Origin: a virus
Lineage: Duplodnaviria; Caudoviricetes
Direction: 5' to 3' (one strand)
IMG/VR virus record: IMGVR_UViG_2684623050_000001
Coordinates: 53,698 to 117,697 of that record
Length of the DNA: 64,000 nucleotides
Translations under genes and position numbers: made by a program
The notes under the pieces: model-generated
What the model was told of the DNA's origin: nothing
Databases searched by the model: none
The model's input: only the letters and a program-made list of their open reading frames with translations
Shown: one piece after another, positions 57,444 through 64,000 of the stretch
How positions within the stretch are numbered: the first letter of the stretch is position 1
Layout: each line of letters opens with the position of its first letter

Positions 57444-58642
57444 CAGCCGAAGATCCGCTGCGCGAACTCCTGCGCAGCCTTCTTGTCGATGCGGGTCATG
57501 CGGTTGATGAAGGCCAGCTGCATGCCGGCGCCGTAGTCGGAGCCCTTCATGATGCCGATCTTGCCGGCCGAGATCAGCTCGCGGGGCGAGATCGTGGTCG
57601 AGACCTTGCCGGCCTTGAACGCTTCGCGCCACTCGCCGGCGAACTTCACGATCTTGGCCGCGTCCTCCTTCTTGAGGCCCGCCTGGGACGCGACGATCGC
57701 CGTCTCGACCTTGGCTTCCATATACTCGACCTCGATCGTGATGCCGAAGCGCGAGTAGTTTGCGGCGTTCTGGATCTGCGTGCCCTGGTAGAGGCCCGTC
57801 TCGTCGCCCGAGCCGTTCGTGTTGCCGGTGCCGCAGATGCGGAAGTCCTTGTGGGGACGGATCACGCGATACTCGGGCGGCGCGTCCTTGACGACGAGCG
57901 GCTTACCTTCGAGCACCGGCTGGTAGACCGAGAGCACGGACGGCATGGCGAAGTCATACTCGTCGGCGCAGTAGACGTAGCCGTTGAGCATCGCGTCCAT
58001 CAGCGGGCCGGGCTGCCAGATGGTCGCGCCGTTCTGCACGACGAACTGGCCGACGATGTGGCTCTCCTCGGTGTTCGCGGTGTGCTGGATGCGCAGGAAC
58101 GGGCGGTTCGTGCGGGCGCAGACCTGCTCGAACAGCGACGTCTTGCCGGTGCCGTGAAAGCCCCAGGCGTAGACGTTGATCCGCATCTCGAAGCCCATGA
58201 GCACGTTCTTCACGAGCTCCAGGTCGAAGATGTAGTTCTTGTCCACGTCGGGCACGAGGAGCAGGCCGTCGCCGGTCGGCTGGCCCACGCTGACCTGGAT
58301 CGGCTGGCCGCGCTTGTTCAGGACGGCCGGCGCGCTCGGGTCGATGCCGAAGACCTCGTGCATCGGCTTGCGCTCGTAGACCATCTCGGCGCTCTTGGCG
58401 GACGTGATCGGCACGACCTTCTGCGCCTCCTCGGCGCGCTTCTGCATGGCGATCATCTCGGCGTAGGGCGAGAGCGTCTTGGCGCCGGGGAACTCGGCTT
58501 TGTAGCGGTCGAGCGACCAGTCGGGGTGGTTGTTCGCCAGGTGCGTCTTGATGACGTGGACCATCGCGCCGTCGACCAGGCACTCGATCTTGTCGGCCTT
58601 GGTCGGGACAGCGGCTTGCTGAACTGCGGTGGCAGCGGACAT
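57443..58642 (-). CDS. cobS: CobS/MoxR-like AAA+ ATPase
   Basis: GFHGTGKTS, CADEYD, TGNTNGSGD, SPREL. Confidence 0.88.
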   Translation of the reverse strand: MSAATAVQQAAVPTKADKIECLVDGAMVHVIKTHLANNHPDWSLDRYKAEFPGAKTLSPYAEMIAMQKRAEEAQKVVPITSAKSAEMVYERKPMHEVFGIDPSAPAVLNKRGQPIQVSVGQPTGDGLLLVPDVDKNYIFDLELVKNVLMGFEMRINVYAWGFHGTGKTSLFEQVCARTNRPFLRIQHTANTEESHIVGQFVVQNGATIWQPGPLMDAMLNGYVYCADEYDFAMPSVLSVYQPVLEGKPLVVKDAPPEYRVIRPHKDFRICGTGNTNGSGDETGLYQGTQIQNAANYSRFGITIEVEYMEAKVETAIVASQAGLKKEDAAKIVKFAGEWREAFKAGKVSTTISPRELISAGKIGIMKGSDYGAGMQLAFINRMTRIDKKAAQEFAQRIFG

Positions 58643-58799
58643 GCGTGTGTGGCTCCGTCTGTGTGCTGTGTGGGCGTGTGTGCGTCGTTGCGCTGTGCGC
58701 TGTTTGTAGAGTCAGTTATCACTGACTAAGCGCGGGAAAGCAAGTCACCACTGACTGACCTTCTCGCGCATGCGATCGTTTCGGATCGGGTGTGTCACC

Positions 58800-59006
58800 C
58801 TAGTAGTCGTGCCCGTCGTGACAGAGCGGCGGGAACCAAACGAGGCCTGCGCGCGAAAACGCGAGCCCCATCAGCTCCATTTCCAAATGATACGCGACAA
58901 TCTCGAAGTCGCGCCAAACACGATGAAATTCGTCTGGCTCGTCGGGGCCGGGGCCTCCCGGAATTGGATCGACGATCGGCACCTTCCGGTAGTCAAACGC
59001 CTTCAT
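58800..59006 (-). CDS. Hypothetical protein
   Basis: TGATG coupling. Confidence 0.45.
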   Translation of the reverse strand: MKAFDYRKVPIVDPIPGGPGPDEPDEFHRVWRDFEIVAYHLEMELMGLAFSRAGLVWFPPLCHDGHDY

Positions 59007-59254
59007 CACAGCGCTCCCAAAGTAAGACCAACGGCGATGCCGATCCCAAGCCAGGTGGCGCCGGTGAACACCTGGGTCGGCGAGCGCCAGTAAGCAGCCT
59101 CGGTGATGACGTTGGGCGTGTAGCGGTCGAGGATGCGCGCCATCCCGGCCCGCATCATCTTCTCGCCCTGGCGCGTCCGGTAGGGGTAGCGCCACTGGTC
59201 GTCGAGGAGCTCGGTGAGCACCTGAGCGACCTCGGGGTCCTTCGCGTGGATCAT
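59006..59254 (-). CDS. Small membrane protein
   Basis: C-terminal TM helix. Confidence 0.6.
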   Translation of the reverse strand: MIHAKDPEVAQVLTELLDDQWRYPYRTRQGEKMMRAGMARILDRYTPNVITEAAYWRSPTQVFTGATWLGIGIAVGLTLGAL

Positions 59255-59451
59255 GAACGGATCTCCTCGATCTTGTAGCTGCCCTTGTCCGCGAGGGCGT
59301 AGGCGAAATCCTCGGCCCACGTCCGCGCACTGATCGGCCCGACGACGAAGCCGTTCGTCGTGACCTCGCGAGGCGTGTCACCGAACTCGCGCTCGATGGT
59401 GATGTCCTCGCGGGTCTCGGGATCGGCGTAGGTGATGCGGAAGCGCTTCAT
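59251..59451 (-). CDS. Hypothetical protein
   Basis: ATGA coupling on both sides. Confidence 0.6.
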   Translation of the reverse strand: MKRFRITYADPETREDITIEREFGDTPREVTTNGFVVGPISARTWAEDFAYALADKGSYKIEEIRS

Positions 59452-60836
59452 GCCGACAGAATCCTCTTGAGTTCGTTCATCACGAGGCCGGGCAGCTGCT
59501 CGACCTTGTTGAGGATGAAATGCTTCGGGTAGAAATGCTTCGGCGCGTCCGAGAGGATGCCGATGCCGATGATCTCGACGCCCATCTTGGTCCCCGTCTC
59601 GATGACGCGGTGAAGGTGGGCGATCTGCTGATACATATCGCCGTCGGCCGCGGGCTGACCGTCGGAGAACACCATCAGCACCTTGCGCTTCTCGGGCCGC
59701 TTGAGCAGACGGGCGAGCGCATATTCGAGGCTCTCCGAATCCGCGTTGGCGTTCATGAAGTGCTGATAGGGCGCGCCCGCGAACCGCGTCTTGATCTCCG
59801 GGCCCATCCGCTCGTCGAAGCCCTTGTAGATGGGCATGTAGATCGGAGAGATGCGGCTATACTTGACGCCGACCCGCTTCGCTTCCTCCTGCGCCTCCTT
59901 CATCACCTTGTTGTCGTATTTCGTGGTGAAGCCCAGGACCTCGTGCTTGATCTGGACGCGCTCCAGAGTCGAGGACAGGGCGTAGGCGCCCGTCATCGCG
60001 ACCTTCATCTTCTGCCCGTGCATCGAGCCCGAGTTGTCGCAGAGCAGGCTGACAGCCGTGTCCTTCGACTTGTTCTCGTGCTTGCGACGGAACACGCGAT
60101 CGTCGCCGGCCACGACGCGGTGCAGAGCCGACGAGTGCAGCTTGCCCGTCCGGAAGCCGGGGATGCGCATGACCTGGCTGCGCGAGGCCATCATGCGGTC
60201 GATGTCCTTCTGCATGACGCCGACCATGCCGCGGGTCTCGTCTTCGAGCTGGGTCAGGTAGCTGTCCTGCCAGCGCTTGTTCTTCCGCGCGTCCTCGCCC
60301 GTGTCGATCTTGAGCGGCTCGATCACGTCGAAGTCGCGGGAGTAGATGATGTAGTCCGCATCCTTGGCGCAGGCCTTGGCGTCCTCGGAGATCTTCTGGG
60401 CAAGCGCCTCGTCGAACTCCGGCAGGCTCATCTCGACTTCGCCGGTCTCGCCGGCATTGTCCGAGCCCTGGTCGGCCGGCTCGTCGCCCTCGCCGTCCTC
60501 GTCCTCGATCGGCTCGTCGTCCTCGCCCGGCTCGTCGGAGCGGTTGGGCTTCTCCGGCTCGTCGTCGCTCTCCTCGTCGTTCTTGCTGCCGGCGCTCGGG
60601 GCGTCGTCATCGCCCTCCTCGTCGCCGTCGTCGGAATCCTCGTCGTCCTCATCCTCGGGCGGCTTGGAGGAGCCGGAGCTGTCCTCGTCGTCCTCCTCGG
60701 AATCCTCGCCCTCGGTCTCCTCGTCGTCGAACCAGTCGTCGAGCTCGCCGCCGTCACCCTCGCCCTTCGAGTTCTCGGCGAAGGTCTTGTAGCTGTTCCA
60801 GAGATGCTGGTCCTGGACTTCGATCGCGATCGACAT
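59448..60836 (-). CDS. cobT: CobT-like C-terminal half: acidic linker plus VWA domain
   Basis: MIDAS DNSGS, EVLGFTT, FSDGQP. Confidence 0.85.
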   Translation of the reverse strand: MSIAIEVQDQHLWNSYKTFAENSKGEGDGGELDDWFDDEETEGEDSEEDDEDSSGSSKPPEDEDDEDSDDGDEEGDDDAPSAGSKNDEESDDEPEKPNRSDEPGEDDEPIEDEDGEGDEPADQGSDNAGETGEVEMSLPEFDEALAQKISEDAKACAKDADYIIYSRDFDVIEPLKIDTGEDARKNKRWQDSYLTQLEDETRGMVGVMQKDIDRMMASRSQVMRIPGFRTGKLHSSALHRVVAGDDRVFRRKHENKSKDTAVSLLCDNSGSMHGQKMKVAMTGAYALSSTLERVQIKHEVLGFTTKYDNKVMKEAQEEAKRVGVKYSRISPIYMPIYKGFDERMGPEIKTRFAGAPYQHFMNANADSESLEYALARLLKRPEKRKVLMVFSDGQPAADGDMYQQIAHLHRVIETGTKMGVEIIGIGILSDAPKHFYPKHFILNKVEQLPGLVMNELKRILSA

Positions 60837-61876
60837 TAGGCGGCCTCCCCGAATCCAGTCTTGAGCTTCTGCATGGCGCGGTCGTAGATCTGCTCGACCT
60901 CATCGGCCGAGAGCTTCGCCTTGCGCGCGATGTCGTCCCAGGTCTTCTTGCGGTCGATGCGCGCGGTGAGCACGCGCCGCTCCAGCTTCGACAGCGGGTC
61001 CTTGTCGGAATCGCCCTTCTTGTCGAAGCGGCCATCCTCGTCGTCGTCACCGCTCGAACCCTTCTCGTCCGGGTCGTCGAGCTTCTCGGGCGGCGTGTCG
61101 TCCTCGGCCGGGCCCTCGCCCTCATCCTCGGGCGTGTTGCCCTTGCCGCCGTTGGGCTCGCCGGCCTCGTCGTCCGGCTCCTCCTCGGGCTCCGGTTCGG
61201 GCTCGGGCGGCTTAGGCGCGGGCGGCGCCTTCAAGAGCTCGGCGAGCTCGTGGGCGAGATCGTAGCAGTCCTTGCTCGACGCGAGCCCGGCGACCTTCGC
61301 CTCGATCGGCCGGATGCGGTCGATCTTGCCCTTGAGGGCAGGGTGGCTCCAGATGCCCTTGGCGTCGAGATAGTCCTTGAACACCGTCTGCCCGGACCAG
61401 GCGCGCGCGATCGGCACCATCATGATGCCGAACATGGTCGCCGCGTCGCCCTTGGCCTCGGCCATCTTGAACGCGGGCTCGGTGATCTCGGCGACGAAGA
61501 ATTCGTGGAGCTTCTTGAGGTTCCAGCCGGAGCCCTTGAAGGTCTCTATCTGCTTCCGCTCGATGAAGGTGTCCTCGAAGATGTTCCAGTAGGAACGCAT
61601 CTTCTCGCCCTCGTCCTGGGCCTTCTTGTTCCACTTGAAGTCGGTGTGGAGAATGTGCCCGACCTCGTGGTCGATGAAGCCTTGGATCGCGAGGATCAGG
61701 CCTTCGGTCGCGTTGTCGGGGATGTAGGGGATGTTCACGCGCTCGGGCTTGAGCGTCTTGGGGTTCGTCGCGACGTAGGCGCGCGAGCCGCGCTGCGTGA
61801 CTTGCAGCCTCTTGCCCGCGAGGAGCTGAGTGACAGTCACTACAGCTTCTCGCAGGATCGCGATTTCTTGGTTCAT
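60836..61876 (-). CDS. CobT-like N-terminal half (HExxH) fused to a sigma70-region-4-like HTH
   Basis: GFIDHEVGH, NIFEDTFIE; C-terminal LSKLERRVL...TWDDIARKAKLSADEVEQIYDRAMQKLK. Confidence 0.75.
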   Translation of the reverse strand: MNQEIAILREAVVTVTQLLAGKRLQVTQRGSRAYVATNPKTLKPERVNIPYIPDNATEGLILAIQGFIDHEVGHILHTDFKWNKKAQDEGEKMRSYWNIFEDTFIERKQIETFKGSGWNLKKLHEFFVAEITEPAFKMAEAKGDAATMFGIMMVPIARAWSGQTVFKDYLDAKGIWSHPALKGKIDRIRPIEAKVAGLASSKDCYDLAHELAELLKAPPAPKPPEPEPEPEEEPDDEAGEPNGGKGNTPEDEGEGPAEDDTPPEKLDDPDEKGSSGDDDEDGRFDKKGDSDKDPLSKLERRVLTARIDRKKTWDDIARKAKLSADEVEQIYDRAMQKLKTGFGEAA

Positions 61877-61931
61877 CTTGTGCGTGCCTTCAGTCAGTGA
61901 TGACTGACAATAGATAACAAAATAAAAGCGG

Positions 61932-62177
61932 TTACTGAACTGGAATGATGACGGAATCGCTGCTGGACGTGATGAGAATGATGACACGCCCGAGCGTCGG
62001 GTGGACGCCGGAATACTGCTCGATGCTTCCCATGATATTGAAGCGCTTGTCGGCCAGAACCATCGTCGCCTCCAGCGCCTCTTCCTGAGTGACGTGATGG
62101 ATCTTCGGGTCGAAGGCCGGCATCGGGGCGCTGATCGCGGCAGGCGTGGGGACGAGACGAAGGGAGTTGTTCGACAC
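61932..62177 (-). CDS. Hypothetical protein
   Basis: GTG start, flanked by operators. Confidence 0.55.
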   Translation of the reverse strand: MSNNSLRLVPTPAAISAPMPAFDPKIHHVTQEEALEATMVLADKRFNIMGSIEQYSGVHPTLGRVIILITSSSDSVIIPVQ

Positions 62178-62312
62178 GTTCGGTTCCTCGGGTGTGCGGG
62201 GTGTATTAGTCAGCAGTGACTGACCATTTCAAGGCAGAAAAAGGGCCGCATTCGGATGTGCGACCCTATGGCAACACCAGCTGGCGCGCGACCGCGCCGG
62301 CTGCCTTCGACT

Positions 62313-62759
62313 TCAGGAGTTCGCCGCCTTCTTGGGCTCGGCCATAAGCTCCTGGAGAAAGGCGGTCAGCCTCTTGCGCTGCTCGACGGACAACTTGACA
62401 TCGGCGCTGCCGACGATCTCGCGCCAGGGATCGAGCACCGAGAGCTTCTCGTTCTCCGTGGTCATCCGATCGGTGAGCTTCTGGACCGTCTGGGTATCGA
62501 AGCCACCCGGCTGATCCAGCTGCAGGCGCAGCAGGAAGACCGGATCGACTTCTAGGGCCGCGGCGATGGCCGGCACCTTATCGAAGGGGACCTTCGTGTC
62601 TCCATACTTGAACATGGAGAAAATGTTCGGTCGTTCGTAGCCCGCCTGCGCAGCGATCTCACGCTGGGACTTGCGGTTGGCAAGTTCTTCGATCCGCTTG
62701 CGGAGGAACTCTGCCATCCGGGTGTTCTCGAACGGCTTTGTTGGGGCGTTGAGCGACAC
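62313..62759 (-). CDS. XRE-family HTH repressor (candidate master repressor)
   Basis: SQREIAAQAGYERPNIFSMFKYG..KVPFDKVPAIAAAL; operators at 62206 and 62936. Confidence 0.75.
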   Translation of the reverse strand: MSLNAPTKPFENTRMAEFLRKRIEELANRKSQREIAAQAGYERPNIFSMFKYGDTKVPFDKVPAIAAALEVDPVFLLRLQLDQPGGFDTQTVQKLTDRMTTENEKLSVLDPWREIVGSADVKLSVEQRKRLTAFLQELMAEPKKAANS

Positions 62760-63068
62760 GTTATCTACTCCTAGACTGCTATGTAGATTGTTGATGTCAT
62801 GCGTTGGCTCATCTCTCTACATTCTTGTTAGTTTCGTCTTCGTTGAGACAGTGAGCATATAGCAGTTAGTTCTCGGGTCTTCGTATGCGTGCGACGCGCT
62901 TCCAGATGATGCCAGAGAATGCTCGCGCCGAATGATAAGTCAATGGTGACTTGTTATAAAAAAAATTCCCTTCATCCGGAAACGAGTGCGTGGGCGCCAC
63001 AGCACGATTCGGATTTGAGCCATAAACACAACGACTTGCTAACCCGACTGTGTTCGCATTGAACCCCA

Positions 63069-63389
63069 TTGCAACGCTTGCGCATACCGCGCAGGAGCCG
63101 TTGTGACGCAGTAGGAGAGGTTGTATTGCTCGCCGGGAGCCAAATTAGGATGGCGAGAGCGGCCCTGAGATGGTCTTTGGCAAAACTTGCGATTGAGTCC
63201 GGCATATCTGAAAAGACCATTCGTAGATGCGAGGCTCACGATGGTCGTCCACCCGCGACGGATGAAACGCTCGCCACGCTACGCGCCTGCTTCGAGCGGA
63301 ACGGTGTGATCTTCTTGTGCCCACCCGAGACGTTGGGCCCGGGCGCCTTCATTAACTGGGATCTAACGACCAAGGGTCGGCGCACCTGA
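63069..63389 (+). CDS. XRE HTH regulator, divergent from the repressor (start uncertain)
   Basis: QIRMARAALRWSLAKLAIESGISEKTIRRCE. Confidence 0.75.
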   Translation: MQRLRIPRRSRCDAVGEVVLLAGSQIRMARAALRWSLAKLAIESGISEKTIRRCEAHDGRPPATDETLATLRACFERNGVIFLCPPETLGPGAFINWDLTTKGRRT

Positions 63390-63729
63390 CAACGCTAGTT
63401 CAGGATTTGGATCCTATCAGCGTCGAGATCTGGTATTATGGAACCAAAATGCGGGCCGCTTGCGGCCCATTTTGCGTTGTGGCACCGTTACTTAGTGGGA
63501 AACGGGCTCAGGTTCCATAATCAAACTTATGCGAACAAGATCGCGGATATGACAAAGGCCCGCGCCGGGGTCTCCGAGGCGAGCCTTCCAAGGGTCGAGA
63601 GCACAGATAGGCCTGTGAATCCGGGCTGTCCACACGGAACCGCTCTCGCGTCACTCGTAGCCTGGCGCCCCTTAACGAACTCCTATTGCCCCGCTCATCC
63701 GAATCGGCCCACATGGGCTGTCACGTAGG

Positions 63730-63990
63730 ATGAATCGGATGGGCGATTCTCGGATGAAATCGGCAGAGGAACGTCTCCAGGAGCTCACGGCCGGTGATCG
63801 TCGTCGGCAAGCGCGTCGCCGCGAGGCGCTGCGCGAGAAAGGCATGAAGACGCAAAGCGTCTGGCTCATGCCCGAGGTCCGGGCTCTGCTCGACCAGGAG
63901 ATCGAGGCGGGGCGGTTCAAGAACCGCTCCGAGGCGATCAACCACGCCCTGACGACGCTCTACGGCGGCAAGGAGAGATCAATGTCGTAG
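63730..63990 (+). CDS. Ribbon-helix-helix protein
   Basis: SVWLMPEVRALLD...GRFKNRSEAI. Confidence 0.7.
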   Translation: MNRMGDSRMKSAEERLQELTAGDRRRQARRREALREKGMKTQSVWLMPEVRALLDQEIEAGRFKNRSEAINHALTTLYGGKERSMS

Positions 63991-64000
63991 CGGCAAAGCA

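Larger units (their letters stand above)
1..64000. mobile_element. Phage-plasmid (temperate phage with plasmid partitioning), early/replication arm; extends beyond the window
   Basis: ParA + RHH adaptor together with rIIA/B, thyX, nrdJ, ruvC, sbcCD, recA, dnaE, cobS/cobT and a repressor; dense small co-oriented ORFs; no host housekeeping context. Confidence 0.85.

Noticed and set aside
57443-61876. Cobalamin biosynthesis (cobaltochelatase) role for cobS/cobT
   Set aside because: No cobN or other cob genes; phage CobS/CobT are generic MoxR-VWA pairs
2497-62953. Operator repeats or 36-bp repeats as a CRISPR array
   Set aside because: Dispersed, with no regular repeat-spacer period and no cas genes
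1-64000. tRNA/rRNA genes, integrase, IS elements
   Set aside because: None recognised by eye; tRNAscan would be needed to exclude tRNAs

Overview
This is a 64 kb segment of a large temperate phage-plasmid with pHCM2/SSU5-like gene content, probably from a GC-rich alphaproteobacterium (inference). It carries parA plus an RHH adaptor, about 40 small early/accessory genes, rIIA/rIIB, nucleotide metabolism genes (dut, thyX, class II RNR, nucleotidase), recombination/replication genes (RuvC, SbcCD, RecA, 5'-3' exonuclease, SSB, DnaE fused to a UDG-like domain), a sigma-like gene, CobS/split CobT and an XRE repressor. Nearly all genes are on the minus strand, and no virion or rep genes were recognised. 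The main surprise is a grammar built around GG/CC dinucleotides. (1) A 1.53 kb three-gene operon (1976-3504) has no GG or CC, so its proteins lack Gly, Pro and Trp, and one is a recoded paralog of a normal neighbour. (2) About 16 promoter-like sites have a fixed GCCG-N10-GCTATA element followed by a GG/CC-free window. (3) Four ~150 bp GG/CC-poor elements occur, two of them inside sbcC and dnaE. (4) CCATGG-saturated intergenic DNA lies right next to the GG/CC-free operon. Also present are 29 copies of an 18-bp palindromic operator, a KOPS polarity switch near 22 kb, a CobT-sigma4 fusion and a shared C-terminal WGMF motif. All counts were made by eye and need computational confirmation.
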